In this document: in pieces, positions 50,316-60,814 of the stretch
Layout: each line of letters begins with the position of its first letter
Numbering within the stretch: position 1 is the stretch's first letter
Origin: an uncultured Acidimicrobiia bacterium
GTDB lineage: Bacteria > Actinomycetota > Acidimicrobiia > Spongiisociales > JAENVV01
Direction of reading: 5' to 3'
Length of the DNA stretch: 64,000 nucleotides
NCBI GenBank assembly: GCA_963847455.1
Contig: CAWKAG010000034.1
Span: 126,604 to 190,603 of the forward strand
Translations under genes and position numbers: made by a program
The notes under the pieces: generated by a model
The model's database searches: none
Seen by the model: only the letters and a program-made list of their open reading frames with translations
What the model was told of the DNA's origin: nothing

Positions 50316-51435
50316 GCGTCCAATTTGTGCCGTCGGGTTCATCGTGGACTTCGACCCCCGACGCGGTCAACGTGTCGCGGATCCGGTCTGCTTCCTCGAA
50401 GTCACCACGATCACGAGCCCGGTCCCTGGTGTCGATCAACTGATCGACAAAGGGCCGGATCTGGTCAGCAGGGTCGAGTGGTCCGGTTGTTACCGTCTCC
50501 GCCAACTCGACGATCATCCGGCGGGCTTCACCAGCAAGGTCGTCGTCGAGGTGGCTGAGGATAAGATCCGCAGCCGCTAGCCCGTCGCCTTGTGCGAGGG
50601 TGGTTTGGAGGTCGATGGTCTCGAGGAGATTCTTCGTCGGCGTCGCTTCAAGGGGTCGTAAGGCGAACAGGTCGCCCGACTCAACCTGGCTTCCTTCAGC
50701 GACGGTCTCTTCGGTACGTCCTGATAGGACAGTCAGCGACCCTCGTCCGGTCACGGTCAGCCAGCCATCCTGGAACGTGGCTGCCGTGTGTTCGTCAATC
50801 CCGATGATCGGGAGCCCGGCGGGAAGCTGTTCGATGAGTTCGTCTAGGCGGCGGCGGCCGATGTAGCAGTGTCCGGTGTCATGGTGCTCACCGTCGCGGT
50901 TGTCCCAATGCGGGACGACTATCGCGTCAATCCCCGCGACTTTCGACAACAGATCGATACCGTCCAACCAGTAGGGCCGGGCGCCGACTTTGTAGATCTC
51001 ATAGACGGGGATGGCCAGGCGGCCGGCAGTGACGGCGGCCGCCGAGGCGAATGTGATGGCCGCCCCGGTCGCCGATGCCTGCACCAGGGAGGCGACTGCG
51101 TCGACCGAGTGCCATTGGGTCAAGGCGTATGACGGGCTTCCTGGCCCGGCGAAAACGTAGTCGGCGCCTTCGATCGCCAATCGGAATGCCTCGACGGTCG
51201 CAGGTGAAGCGAGGGACGCATCCAGCAGTGACGCGACCTCGACGGCCTGATTGAGCGAAGTTTTGAAATACTCCTGGACCTTGGTCGTGATCAATGCGGC
51301 GTTTTCCTGGAACCCGTGAGGCGTGTCGATATAGACGACCCGCGGATCGGGTGGCAGCTTTGAAATGATCTCGCGATGGACTTTGACCATTCCCGGGCTC
51401 GTCTCGGCTGAGCCGATAAGGATCAGCGGTCCCAT
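50305..51435 (-). CDS. Hypothetical two-domain protein: an S51/class-I-GATase-like N-domain and a CysRS-type C-terminal helical tail
   Basis: The C-terminal ARDRGDFEEADRIRDTLTASGVEVHDEPDGTNWTL resembles the CysRS/MshC terminal region. The N-domain assignment is weak. Confidence 0.3.
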   Translation of the reverse strand: MGPLILIGSAETSPGMVKVHREIISKLPPDPRVVYIDTPHGFQENAALITTKVQEYFKTSLNQAVEVASLLDASLASPATVEAFRLAIEGADYVFAGPGSPSYALTQWHSVDAVASLVQASATGAAITFASAAAVTAGRLAIPVYEIYKVGARPYWLDGIDLLSKVAGIDAIVVPHWDNRDGEHHDTGHCYIGRRRLDELIEQLPAGLPIIGIDEHTAATFQDGWLTVTGRGSLTVLSGRTEETVAEGSQVESGDLFALRPLEATPTKNLLETIDLQTTLAQGDGLAAADLILSHLDDDLAGEARRMIVELAETVTTGPLDPADQIRPFVDQLIDTRDRARDRGDFEEADRIRDTLTASGVEVHDEPDGTNWTLRD

Positions 51436-52259
51436 GGCGCGGCCTCCCGGATGAGTTTCGCGATGGTTTCTGGCTGCTGGAGGTGCAAGTCGTGATCACC
51501 TTCCACAACAGTGATTTCATCGAAACCGAGTAGCTCTACCTCTTCTTCGGTGACCAGTCCGGGGCGGGCGAGGACGACCTGGGTGGGGGCGTTGATGGTG
51601 GGCAGAATTGCCAGGGGGTCATGTTCCCATAGCGATCGCAGGATCTGCATGTGGTCGTCGAATCTCAGATACGGCAGCACGAGACCGCCAGGTTGATCCT
51701 CAAAGTTTCCGAGAGCGCCGTGGATTGCCTGATCAGTCCAGCCCGGATGAGCGGTTCGCATGTAGCCCTCCACAGCCTGGCGGGTGGCGCCTTCAAAACG
51801 GGGCGGGGCGAGTTGGGAAGCGCACGCATCCCAACTTTCGAATCGGCTTCCTAGCCGGATAAAGCCGCCGTCGATTCCCATCGTTGCCAGGGTGCGGTAG
51901 CTCGCTGCGTGATCGATCACTACGTTGCCTCCCCACGACTGGCCGACGGTTACGGGGGGCTCCGAGGTCACATCACGAACAACTGCTTCCAGATCGGCTG
52001 AGTAGGTAGGGAAGTCGAAGCCGTCGTCGACACGCTCTGACCGACCATGGGATCGCTGATCGTAAGCGATGACTTGTGCGCCGGATTGGTGCAATAGGTC
52101 CGCAACGGCAATCCAGGTCCGTGCGTTCGAGGCAAGACCATGGACAAGCACGATGGTCCGGGTGGCGTCGCCACGCCATAAGAGTCCGGCGAGTCGGGAA
52201 CCGGTGCTCGACACGAAGCTGGTTTCTTCCATAACGGACCACGGTACACGACCTTCCAT
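51423..52259 (-). CDS. Alpha/beta hydrolase
   Basis: It has VLVHGLASNARTW and GQSWGG. Confidence 0.75.
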   Translation of the reverse strand: MEGRVPWSVMEETSFVSSTGSRLAGLLWRGDATRTIVLVHGLASNARTWIAVADLLHQSGAQVIAYDQRSHGRSERVDDGFDFPTYSADLEAVVRDVTSEPPVTVGQSWGGNVVIDHAASYRTLATMGIDGGFIRLGSRFESWDACASQLAPPRFEGATRQAVEGYMRTAHPGWTDQAIHGALGNFEDQPGGLVLPYLRFDDHMQILRSLWEHDPLAILPTINAPTQVVLARPGLVTEEEVELLGFDEITVVEGDHDLHLQQPETIAKLIREAAPWDR

Positions 52260-52334
52260 ATATCGTTAGCCGGCCCGTTCGAGAGTCGCCGGCGGCGGCC
52301 TAGGCTTGGGACTTCAGTTCCTTAAGGAGATAGT

Positions 52335-53726
52335 GTGGATTACCGGATCGAGCGAGATTCCATGGGAGAGGTTCGTGTGCCAGCAGATGCGTTGTACGGT
52401 GCGTCGACGCAGCGGGCCTTTGAGAACTTTCCCATATCTGGACGACGTTTTGGGCGACGTTTCATCTGGGCGCTGGGACTTGTGAAAGCCTCCGCGGCCG
52501 CGGTGAGTGGCAAGGAAGGGTACGTAGACGCCGACCGGGCTGCGGCCATCGTCAAGGCGGCCGAGGAAGTGATCGAGGGGGCGCTCGACGACCAGTTCGT
52601 CCTGGATGTATTTCAAACCGGTTCTGGTACCTCGACCAATACAAACGCCAACGAAGTGATTGCGCACCGGGCGGTGGCGTTGACCACCGACGCGGCCGCC
52701 GGCTGGATTCATCCCAACGACCACGTCAACTTTGGCCAGTCCTCAAATGACGTTATCCCGACCGCTATCTATGTGTCGGCGGCCGCCGCAATTCATGAGG
52801 ATCTCTTGCCCGCTCTGGTGGGGTTGCAGGAGTCTCTTGCCGCCAAGGCTGAAGAGTTTGCAGATGTGGTGAAGTCGGGGCGGACTCATCTGATGGACGC
52901 CACGCCAGTGACCCTCGGTCAGGAGTTCTCCGGGTATGCATCCCAGGTTGAACATGGGGTGGCCCGACTCAGCCATGCCGTGCATGAGGTTGAAGAACTG
53001 GCCCTCGGCGGCACGGCTGTTGGAACGGGACTCAACGCCCCTGACGGCTTTGCGGCGGCAACGATTGCCGAGATCGCCCGGCGAACCGGGATCCCGTTTC
53101 GTGAAGCTTCGAATCACTTCGAGGCCCAATCCGCCAAGGATGGCGCAGTAGCTGTGTCAGGAACGCTCAAGACCGTTGCGGTTTCCTTGTTCAAGATCGC
53201 CAACGATCTGCGGTGGCTCTCGTCGGGACCCCGCACGGCCATCTCGGAAATCCGGCTCCCTTCGCTGCAGCCGGGGTCGTCGATCATGCCCGGGAAGGTC
53301 AATCCGGTGATGCCCGAGATGATGATGCAAGTTGCTGCCCAGATCTTTGGCAACGACGCGGCCATCACCTGGGCTGGGGCCAATGGCAACTTTGAACTCA
53401 ACGTGATGATGCCCGTGATGTCGTCGAACCTGGACGAGTCGATCGCGATCCTGTCGGCGGCTGCCAAGACGCTTCGGGAACGCTGCGTCGATGGCATCGA
53501 AGCCAACGCCGACCGGGCCCGCGAACTTGTCGAGAAGAACATCATCGTGATCACGTCGCTCAATCCTCACATCGGATATGACAAGGGCGCCGAGATCGCC
53601 AAGGAAGCCTTCGCATCCGGTCGAAACGTTCGAGACGTGGCCCTCGAGCGTGGCGTCATGACTGCCGATGAGCTTGATGCGGCTCTCGATCTCAAGAAGA
53701 TGACCGAAGGTGGGATCATCGGATAA
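52335..53726 (+). CDS. fumC: Class II fumarate hydratase / aspartate ammonia-lyase family enzyme (FumC more likely)
   Basis: It has the signature [11 protein letters not shown]. It is 463 aa, with a GTG start behind an AAGGAGA Shine-Dalgarno sequence. Confidence 0.65.
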   Translation: MDYRIERDSMGEVRVPADALYGASTQRAFENFPISGRRFGRRFIWALGLVKASAAAVSGKEGYVDADRAAAIVKAAEEVIEGALDDQFVLDVFQTGSGTSTNTNANEVIAHRAVALTTDAAAGWIHPNDHVNFGQSSNDVIPTAIYVSAAAAIHEDLLPALVGLQESLAAKAEEFADVVKSGRTHLMDATPVTLGQEFSGYASQVEHGVARLSHAVHEVEELALGGTAVGTGLNAPDGFAAATIAEIARRTGIPFREASNHFEAQSAKDGAVAVSGTLKTVAVSLFKIANDLRWLSSGPRTAISEIRLPSLQPGSSIMPGKVNPVMPEMMMQVAAQIFGNDAAITWAGANGNFELNVMMPVMSSNLDESIAILSAAAKTLRERCVDGIEANADRARELVEKNIIVITSLNPHIGYDKGAEIAKEAFASGRNVRDVALERGVMTADELDAALDLKKMTEGGIIG

Positions 53727-53761
53727 AACGCGGTTGCTTTTAGCACTAAAAATGCTAGAGT

Positions 53762-54103
53762 GTGTGTATGGAGACATCCCACGACACTTTCGACACACGC
53801 GACAACTTGGATGAGTTGCCCTGGCGAGAGCTTGCCGCGTGCCGAACTCATGACTCAGATCTCTTCTTCCCGGCGGGAGAAACCGGGGGCGCCGCTCTAA
53901 CTATTCGCCTGGCCAAGCGCATCTGCGCAGAATGCCCGGTCGGTCTCGACTGCCTGTATTACGCCGTTTCGACGGGTCAACGGTTTGGGATCTGGGGTGG
54001 CACTGATGAGAACGACCGCCGGCGGCTGCGGCGGCGCTGGGTTGCGGCACGAGGGAATGTCGGCGAAGTTGACCTGATCGGGTGGCTGAGCAAGGCGAGC
54101 TGA
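53762..54103 (+). CDS. WhiB-family (Wbl) Fe-S transcriptional regulator
   Basis: It has four Cys in WhiB spacing (AACRTHDSDLFFP, CAECPVGLDC) and the GIWGG turn. An AT-rich inverted repeat lies upstream. Confidence 0.85.
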   Translation: MCMETSHDTFDTRDNLDELPWRELAACRTHDSDLFFPAGETGGAALTIRLAKRICAECPVGLDCLYYAVSTGQRFGIWGGTDENDRRRLRRRWVAARGNVGEVDLIGWLSKAS

Positions 54104-54112
54104 ACTTGTGCG

Positions 54113-54583
54113 TTAGTCGGTGGTTACCTGATCGGCTGTCCCGGAAATGGCCACGTCCAGCGTTGCCCACGGAAGGCTGGCGCACTTGATCCGAACCGGA
54201 AAGGCTTTGACGCCTGCAAGGGCTTCGAGTTCGCCCAGTATTGCTCCAGGCTGCTCTGGGTCGACGATGGGGTCCTCGCTGGTCATCATGGTTGTGAAGA
54301 GCTGGCGCAACCGGGCAATCTCTTCGAAGGTCTTGCCCTTGATGGCCTCCGACATGAGCGAGGCTGAGGCTTGGGAGATCGAGCAACCTTGCCCTTTGAT
54401 GGCAATCTGTGAGACGGTGTCACCGTCCAGGACCAGGTCGACTGCCACCTTGTCGCCGCACAGCGGATTATTGCCGTCGGCATGGCGATCCACGTCGATG
54501 AGCTCGGCACGATTGCGCGGGTTGCGGTAGTGATCCAGGATGACTTCTTTGTAAAGATTGTCGAGTCCCACAACCACCAACAC
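54113..54583 (-). CDS. sufU: SUF system NifU-like scaffold SufU
   Basis: It has LCGDKVAVD and GCSISQAS. Confidence 0.85.
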   Translation of the reverse strand: MLVVVGLDNLYKEVILDHYRNPRNRAELIDVDRHADGNNPLCGDKVAVDLVLDGDTVSQIAIKGQGCSISQASASLMSEAIKGKTFEEIARLRQLFTTMMTSEDPIVDPEQPGAILGELEALAGVKAFPVRIKCASLPWATLDVAISGTADQVTTD

Positions 54584-55782
54584 TAGTTCCGGATATCAAA
54601 TAGTTTGGCGGCGACTTCCAGCCCGTCAATAAGCCGGTCGACTTCGTCGGCGGACGAATATACGGAGAACGACGCCCGGGCCGTGGCTGGAATACCGAGA
54701 TGATCCATGAGCGGCCGGGCACAATGATGTCCCGCCCGCACCGCGATGCCGTTCTCGTCCAGGATCGTTGAAAGGTCGTGGGGGTGAACGTCGCCGAGCG
54801 TGAATGAGATTGCCCCGCCCCGGATCTCCAGATCAGCCGGCCCGTAGACAGTCACCGCCGGCATGGTCGCCAGTCGCTCAAGCGCGTAGCCGGTCAACGC
54901 GACGTCGTGTTTCCTGACGGCATCCATGCCGAGGTCGGTCAGATAATCGACTGCGGCACCCAGGCCGATGGCTTCGACGATCGGTGGAGTACCTGCTTCG
55001 AACTTGTGGGGAACCGGCGCCCAGGTCGACTCGTACAGTCCAACCTCGTCAATCATCTCGCCGCCGCCCTCGAAGGGTTCCATCTCCTCAAGGAGCGCCC
55101 GTTTACCCCAAAGGACTCCTATCCCGGTTGGGCCGAGCATTTTGTGGGCCGAGAAGGCCAGGAAATCGGCGCCGAGATCGGTGACGTCCACGGGTAGATG
55201 TGGCACGAGTTGGGCCCCATCGACGATCACCGTCGCTCCCACCCGGTTGGCGATCTCTCGAATGCGGTCCACGGGGGTGATCGTCCCGAGCACATTCGAC
55301 ATGCCGGTGATGGAGACGATCCTGGTGCGTTCGTCCACGAGTTGGGTGAGGCTTTCCAGGTCGAGGGCGAAGTCGTCGGTCAGTCGGGCGAATCGAAGCT
55401 CGACCCCTTTGAGGAACTGCCAGGGAACCAGGTTGGCATGATGTTCCATGACCGACAACACGATGTTGTCGCCGGCGACCAGGCGGTCGGCGCCCCATTT
55501 GGCCGCCAGCATGTTCATGGACGTTGTGGTGCCCCGGGTAAAGATCACCTCGGCTGGTGAGGCGGCCCCTATGAATCTGGCGACCTTGGCCCTGGCGGCC
55601 TCGTAGGCGTCCGTCGCTTCGGCAGACAAGCGATACGCACCCCGGTGGACGTTGGCGTACCCGGAACGGAGCATGGTGTCCATCGCTTGGATGACCACCT
55701 CCGGCTTCTGTGAACTGGCGGCAGAGTCGAGAAATGCCAGGTCGTTGCCGGCCAGGATCGGGAAGTCCTTACGAACATCCAT
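54583..55782 (-). CDS. sufS: Cysteine desulfurase SufS
   Basis: It has class V aminotransferase fold motifs, a SAHKMLGPTG PLP-Lys region and the catalytic Cys in GHHCA. Confidence 0.9.
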   Translation of the reverse strand: MDVRKDFPILAGNDLAFLDSAASSQKPEVVIQAMDTMLRSGYANVHRGAYRLSAEATDAYEAARAKVARFIGAASPAEVIFTRGTTTSMNMLAAKWGADRLVAGDNIVLSVMEHHANLVPWQFLKGVELRFARLTDDFALDLESLTQLVDERTRIVSITGMSNVLGTITPVDRIREIANRVGATVIVDGAQLVPHLPVDVTDLGADFLAFSAHKMLGPTGIGVLWGKRALLEEMEPFEGGGEMIDEVGLYESTWAPVPHKFEAGTPPIVEAIGLGAAVDYLTDLGMDAVRKHDVALTGYALERLATMPAVTVYGPADLEIRGGAISFTLGDVHPHDLSTILDENGIAVRAGHHCARPLMDHLGIPATARASFSVYSSADEVDRLIDGLEVAAKLFDIRN

Positions 55783-56531
55783 CAGCTCGGACGGAACGAC
55801 TCGTAACCATCTGCTTCGAGACGTTCGGCCAACTCAGATCCGCCGGATAAAAGGATGGCACCATCCACGAATACGTGCACATGATGTGGTTTGACGAAGT
55901 CGAGAAGGCGTTGATAGTGGGTGATAATGAGGAAGCCGCGCTCATCGCTGGTTAGACGGTTCACCCCGTCGGCGACTGTCTGGAGTGCGTCAATGTCGAG
56001 GCCGGAGTCTGTTTCGTCGAGTACGGCAACCTCAGGTTCGAGGATTGCCATCTGCAAAATCTCGTTCCGTTTCCTTTCTCCGCCAGAGAAACCCTCGTTC
56101 AGGTACCGATCTGCGAAGCTGGCGTCCATGCCCAGCTCGCGCATGGCATCCATGACTTTCAGGCGCAGTTCGAGAACCGTGTAGTCGATGCCGGTGCGAT
56201 TGGTGAGCGCCTGGCGAAGGAATTGAACAACCGAAACGCCGGGGATCGCCTCGGGGTGTTGGAACGCCATGAACATGCCGAGGTTCGCCCGGTCGTTCGG
56301 GGAGAGTTCCGTTACGTTCGTGCCCTTGAACAGAATCTTGCCGTCAGTGACCTTGTACGACGGGTGTCCCATCAAGACCTTTGACAACGTGGACTTGCCG
56401 GATCCGTTGGGACCCATCAAAGCGTGAACTTCGCCCGCTCGGACGGTGAGATTCACTCCCTTGAGAATCGGGGTTTCGTCGACGGACGTGTGCAAGTTTT
56501 CGATAGTGAGGAGGTCGGACATGGGTAGCAA
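55782..56531 (-). CDS. sufC: Fe-S cluster assembly ATPase SufC (copy 2)
   Basis: It has GPNGSGKST, FSGGERKRNEILQMA and VLDETDSGLDID. Confidence 0.9.
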   Translation of the reverse strand: MLPMSDLLTIENLHTSVDETPILKGVNLTVRAGEVHALMGPNGSGKSTLSKVLMGHPSYKVTDGKILFKGTNVTELSPNDRANLGMFMAFQHPEAIPGVSVVQFLRQALTNRTGIDYTVLELRLKVMDAMRELGMDASFADRYLNEGFSGGERKRNEILQMAILEPEVAVLDETDSGLDIDALQTVADGVNRLTSDERGFLIITHYQRLLDFVKPHHVHVFVDGAILLSGGSELAERLEADGYESFRPS

Positions 56532-56558
56532 TGGTAGTCGCTGTGGGAGCTTGCTCGT

Positions 56559-57482
56559 TCAGCGAGGGATTGCTGCGAAGGCCTCATCGAGGACCGCGGG
56601 GCCCGGGACCCCGACGAACTGGACGTAGTACCGGCTGACGCCGACTGCTGCATAGGCGGCCAACGTTTCGGCAACCTGCTCAGGAGTTCCAACCGGTACA
56701 AAGGCCTTCCGCCACCGATCTTCGAGTTCGGCCACGTCCATGTTTCGATCGCGGGAGCGCTCGTTCAGGACTGCATGGTATTCAGCCGTGGTCGCCCGGG
56801 CGGTGATCGGTCCCATCACGGACACACGAATGCTGTCCGGGTCGCGACCCGCCCGCTCAGCCGAGGCACGGACGATTTCGACGCGGGCTCCAATCGAGGC
56901 TGGATCCGACACGAATACGTTGTACTCGTCGGCATACCTACCGGCGAGTTCCGGGGTCTTCTTGGGTCCTGAACCGCCGATGATGATGGGCAATCGACCG
57001 GTCTTTTTGGGTTCCACGTCGGCATCCAGGTGGTAGTAGGTGCCCTGGAATTTCCCTTCACCAAAGCAAGCTTGCAAGTAGCCAAGGCCCTCTTCGAGGC
57101 GAGCGAACCGCTCTGCCCACGGGGGAAATGGCAATCCGAACGCCGTATGCTCCTCTTCGTTCCAGCCGGTACCCACCCCGAGGGCCAGGCGTCCGCCCGA
57201 CATTTCATCGATCGTGGTGGCGTTCTTTGCGACAACGGCGGGGTGCCGAAAAGTGAACGGAGCCACCAGCACCGTTAGCTCGATTGATTCGGTCTCTCGC
57301 GCCAGCCCCGCCAGGGTGGCGAAGGCGTCCGTGGCCGCAGGCTTGGGGTCGCGGCTCCAACCGTAGTAGTGGTCCGATCGAGCGAAAGCCACCAGACCCG
57401 ACCGTTCGGCCCAGCGGGCTGCCGAGAGGATGTCCTCGTAGGTTCCGCCGACCTGCGGCTCGGTCATCAGGGCGAATTCCAT
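56559..57482 (-). CDS. LLM-class (luciferase-like) flavin/F420-dependent oxidoreductase
   Basis: It has the TIM-barrel LLM pattern (RLALGVGTGWNEEEH, IIIGGSGPKKTPELAGRYADEY). The start was chosen at MEFALM, directly after the ACAD stop. Confidence 0.7.
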   Translation of the reverse strand: MEFALMTEPQVGGTYEDILSAARWAERSGLVAFARSDHYYGWSRDPKPAATDAFATLAGLARETESIELTVLVAPFTFRHPAVVAKNATTIDEMSGGRLALGVGTGWNEEEHTAFGLPFPPWAERFARLEEGLGYLQACFGEGKFQGTYYHLDADVEPKKTGRLPIIIGGSGPKKTPELAGRYADEYNVFVSDPASIGARVEIVRASAERAGRDPDSIRVSVMGPITARATTAEYHAVLNERSRDRNMDVAELEDRWRKAFVPVGTPEQVAETLAAYAAVGVSRYYVQFVGVPGPAVLDEAFAAIPR

Positions 57483-57484
57483 CG

Positions 57485-58699
57485 CTATCGAGGCTCCTTG
57501 GGTAGGCCGAGGATCATCTCCCCGGCGATGTTTCGTTGGATTTCTGAGGTCCCCGCATAGATGGTTCCAGCTCGTGCGTTGAGGAAGACGTTCTGCCATG
57601 AGGCAGTCGAGTTGGCCGCCCCGGGGTCGTCCGTGGCGAACGCGCTCGCCGGGGCTCTGCCGACCGGGACCAGGCCGGGAGTCCCCATGATGTCCATGGC
57701 TAGCTCGGTGACTTCCCGGTGATACTCCGACCAGAAGATCTTGGTGAGGGCCGCATCCGGGCCGGGTGGGATGTTGTTTTCGAAATTGGTCAGCGCCCGG
57801 TACCCGGAAAAGCGCATGATTTCGACTTTCGAGTAGCAGGAGGCGAGACGGTCCCGGATGAGTGGATCTGACAGTCTGCCGAGTTCCTTGGCGTAGCTCA
57901 GGAGCCTGTTCAGTTCGTCTCGGAAGGCAATAGGGGCTACGGCGGCCGCCTTTCCTCGCTCAAATCCGAGCAGCGCCATGGCAACCCGCCAGCCGTCGTT
58001 GGGTGCGCCGACGACATGGTCGCGCGGGACCCGGGCGTCGGAGAAGAAGACCTCGTTGAATTCAGACGCACCCGAGATCATGTCGATCGGTCGGACTTCG
58101 ACTCCGGCTTGGTCCATCGGACAGAGGATGAACGTGATGCCCCGGTGTTTAGGGGCTTGCGGGTCCGTCCTACAGAGCACGAATATCCAGTTGGCTACGT
58201 GCCCGGCCGAGGTCCAGATTTTCTGCCCGTTGAGAATCCACTCATCGCCGTCCAGGGTCGCCCTGGTGCTGACCGCGCTTAGGTCCGATCCGGCGTTCGG
58301 CTCCGAGTAGCCCTGACACCAGCGGTCTTCGCCAGACAAGATGCGGGGAAGAAAATGCTCCCTTTGTTCTTCGGTTCCCAATCGCAGGAGGGTGTTGCCG
58401 AGCATACCGATCCCGAAGGTGTCGGTCGGGCCCCCGGTGGGGACGCCGGCGCGCGCAAACTCCTCGGCGACCACGACCTCATCCATCTCGCTCAACCCGG
58501 CGCCGCCGTACTTTTCCGGCCAGGTAACCGCCAGCCAGCCATGTTTTGAAAGGATGGCCCGCCAGTCTTCGACGAAGGCTTCGTAGGCGGAGCCATCCAG
58601 TGCCCCGGATCCCTTCCAGTCGGATGGCAGTTGGTCTGCCAGGAAATCGCGCACCCGCCGGCGAGTGTCTTCGGTATGAGCTGGGTAAGTAAAGTCCAC
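57485..58699 (-). CDS. Acyl-CoA dehydrogenase
   Basis: The ACAD fold is seen throughout (GYSEPNAGSDLSAV, C-terminal EIQRNIAG). Confidence 0.9.
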   Translation of the reverse strand: MDFTYPAHTEDTRRRVRDFLADQLPSDWKGSGALDGSAYEAFVEDWRAILSKHGWLAVTWPEKYGGAGLSEMDEVVVAEEFARAGVPTGGPTDTFGIGMLGNTLLRLGTEEQREHFLPRILSGEDRWCQGYSEPNAGSDLSAVSTRATLDGDEWILNGQKIWTSAGHVANWIFVLCRTDPQAPKHRGITFILCPMDQAGVEVRPIDMISGASEFNEVFFSDARVPRDHVVGAPNDGWRVAMALLGFERGKAAAVAPIAFRDELNRLLSYAKELGRLSDPLIRDRLASCYSKVEIMRFSGYRALTNFENNIPPGPDAALTKIFWSEYHREVTELAMDIMGTPGLVPVGRAPASAFATDDPGAANSTASWQNVFLNARAGTIYAGTSEIQRNIAGEMILGLPKEPR

Positions 58700-58738
58700 G
58701 GCTTCCTCCTGGTGGCTTAGGCTAGCGACCAGCCGAAG

Positions 58739-59521
58739 GTGTCTGGAGGGGCTGTGGAACCGCTATTCGAAGTGCGTGGCAAACGAGTGCTCATTACCGG
58801 AGGGTCGCGGGGGATCGGCCTCATGATGGCAACCGGATTCGTTGAGGCGGGAGCGTCCGTGCTTATCGCCAGCCGCAAGGCGTCCGTCTGTCATGAAGTT
58901 GCCGACCGGCTCTCAGCACAGGGCGACTGCACGGGTGTCGGTGTCGACTTGTCGGCTGAGACGGGCGTACAGGTGCTCTCGGACAAGGTCGAGGAAATGT
59001 GGGACGGGCACCTCGATGTGCTCGTGAACAACGCCGGGGCGGTATGGGCCGAACCGCTCGAAACGTTCTCTGAGGCAGGGTGGGACAAAGTACTCGACAT
59101 CAATGTGAAGAGTCTGTTTTTCTTGACCCAGCGAACCATCCCGTTCCTTCGAGCGGCGGCGACGCAGGCGGATCCCGCCCGGGTAATCAACATCGCGTCG
59201 GTCGACGGGATCCGGCCGCCGCAGGTAGAAACGTATTCGTATTCGGCGAGTAAAGCCGCCGTGATCCACCTGACGAGACATCTTGCGAAGCGGCTCGTTG
59301 GTGACTTCATCAACGTCAATGCGATCGCACCAGGACTGTTCCCTTCAAAGATGACCGAGTCGCTATTGGGCGATGACGCAGTACTCGGAACCATTCCTCA
59401 GCGGCGCGCCGGAACGGCCGAGGACATGGCGGGAACGGCGATCTTTCTGGCGTCCCGGGCCTCGCGCTATGTCACAGGCCAGGTCGTCGCCGTCGATGGG
59501 GGAATAACCGGACTCGGCTAA
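58739..59521 (+). CDS. SDR family oxidoreductase
   Basis: It has TGGSRGIG and YSASKAAV. Confidence 0.85.
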   Translation: MSGGAVEPLFEVRGKRVLITGGSRGIGLMMATGFVEAGASVLIASRKASVCHEVADRLSAQGDCTGVGVDLSAETGVQVLSDKVEEMWDGHLDVLVNNAGAVWAEPLETFSEAGWDKVLDINVKSLFFLTQRTIPFLRAAATQADPARVINIASVDGIRPPQVETYSYSASKAAVIHLTRHLAKRLVGDFINVNAIAPGLFPSKMTESLLGDDAVLGTIPQRRAGTAEDMAGTAIFLASRASRYVTGQVVAVDGGITGLG

Positions 59522-59865
59522 GCAGGCGACGTCGGGGTCCGTGGGCCAACCCGCACCGCCGTCCCTGAGGCGGTCACCATGAGCATGGAACCATTGGCTC
59601 CGATCGTCTCGTAGTCGAGGTCGACGCCGACGATGGCATTGGCCCCTTTGGATGCTGCCTCGCTGGACATTTCATCGATCGCCAGGTCTTTAGCCCGGAT
59701 AAGTTCACGTTCGTAGTTGGCAGACCGACCCCCGATAACGTCCGTGATACCGGCAAAGAAGTCCTTAAAAACATTCGCACCCAGGATCGCCGCACCGGTG
59801 ACGAGCCCCAGATATTCCTCGATCTGATGCGTCTCGACGTTGGGGGTTGTGGTGATGATCAATCG
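59518..59865 (-). CDS. YbjQ/UPF0145 family protein (probable TTG start)
   Basis: [37 protein letters not shown]... is typical of YbjQ. The upstream ORF extension is low-complexity. Confidence 0.55.
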   Translation of the reverse strand, partial: RLIITTTPNVETHQIEEYLGLVTGAAILGANVFKDFFAGITDVIGGRSANYERELIRAKDLAIDEMSSEAASKGANAIVGVDLDYETIGANGSMLMVTASGTAVRVGPRTPTSPA

Positions 59866-60109
59866 GATGTGCCGATCGAAACATGGTTGCACGTCGAGCA
59901 GACACGGCGGACCATCACCCCGCTCGAACTCACCTCGTAATCGTGGACATGTTCGGCGCGCGATTGGCGCACTCGTTCGAGGATCCGCAGACCACCTTTG
60001 GCATCTGATTTGGCGGCGTGGGCAGGATGATGGCCGTTGGTTACCGGTGCTACCGTGCGCCTTGGCTGCCTTCTTTGCGTCATCGGCGGCCCGTAGGTCG
60101 ATAACGAGT

Positions 60110-60814
60110 TCACCGTTGGTTGGAGCAGTCGGGGGGGTGGCCGCGGTGGTTGGTGCGGGGAACGGATCGCCAGATTCGGCGGGTTCTGGCACGCCAGTTT
60201 TCTTTTGGCGTCGTTGGCGCTGCGGCAGGAACGGATGGGGTCGGGGTTGACGCAGCCGGATCCGTCGCCACCGGAGTCGCTCTTATGATCTCGGGAACTA
60301 ACTCGGCCGCCTGTGAATCGGCTGGCTGCGGTGCAGGCGCCGCCACCCTGGCGGTTACTGGTTTTTTGGCTGCGGGTTTCTCTGCCTTCACCTTGGCAAC
60401 CTTGGGAGGCTTGACCTTGATCGGCCGCTCGGCAGCTGCGGGAGCCGGGGGTTCAGCGACGGGCGACGCGATCCCGGTGGTCCGTCCTGCGCTGCCGCTT
60501 GAGTCCTTGGTGGCTTTCTTCGTCTTGCGGCGGGCCCGGAAACCTTTGGTTGCGGCCTCTTGCGCCTTGGCTAGACCGGGTACGGCCCCGTAGGCGAAGT
60601 CGAGACGGCTATCGGGGACGAATCGTACGCTGTCGCCGTTCAGGCCGAACTCGTACTCGTTGACGCCGATTTCTGAAAGCGTGATGAGCGAAACATGCCA
60701 TCCCGCCCATTCGTCACCGGCCACTTCAAGCGAGAAGCGGTCCTCGTCAAGCACAAACACGGCGATTATCCCGTCCGCATTGTCCGGTGCGAAAAGCGTT
60801 CCCCGATGTCTCAT
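60110..60814 (-). CDS. Protein with a conserved ~85-aa N-terminal domain and an Ala/Pro/Lys-rich tail (paralog of the upstream gene)
   Basis: The N-domain is [62 protein letters not shown]. It is followed by [20 protein letters not shown]. Its ATG overlaps the upstream stop. Confidence 0.4.
   Translation of the reverse strand: MRHRGTLFAPDNADGIIAVFVLDEDRFSLEVAGDEWAGWHVSLITLSEIGVNEYEFGLNGDSVRFVPDSRLDFAYGAVPGLAKAQEAATKGFRARRKTKKATKDSSGSAGRTTGIASPVAEPPAPAAAERPIKVKPPKVAKVKAEKPAAKKPVTARVAAPAPQPADSQAAELVPEIIRATPVATDPAASTPTPSVPAAAPTTPKENWRARTRRIWRSVPRTNHRGHPPDCSNQR

Noticed and set aside
53157-53798. 213-aa minus-strand ORF
   Set aside because: It is antisense to the fumarate hydratase / aspartase family gene, which carries the [11 protein letters not shown] signature on the plus strand.
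59866-60192. N-terminal 110 codons of the 224-aa ORF containing the YbjQ domain
   Set aside because: The YbjQ fold begins at IITTTPNVE with a plausible TTG start. The upstream part is low-complexity and overlaps the 3' tail of the neighbouring gene, so I treated it as ORF over-extension.
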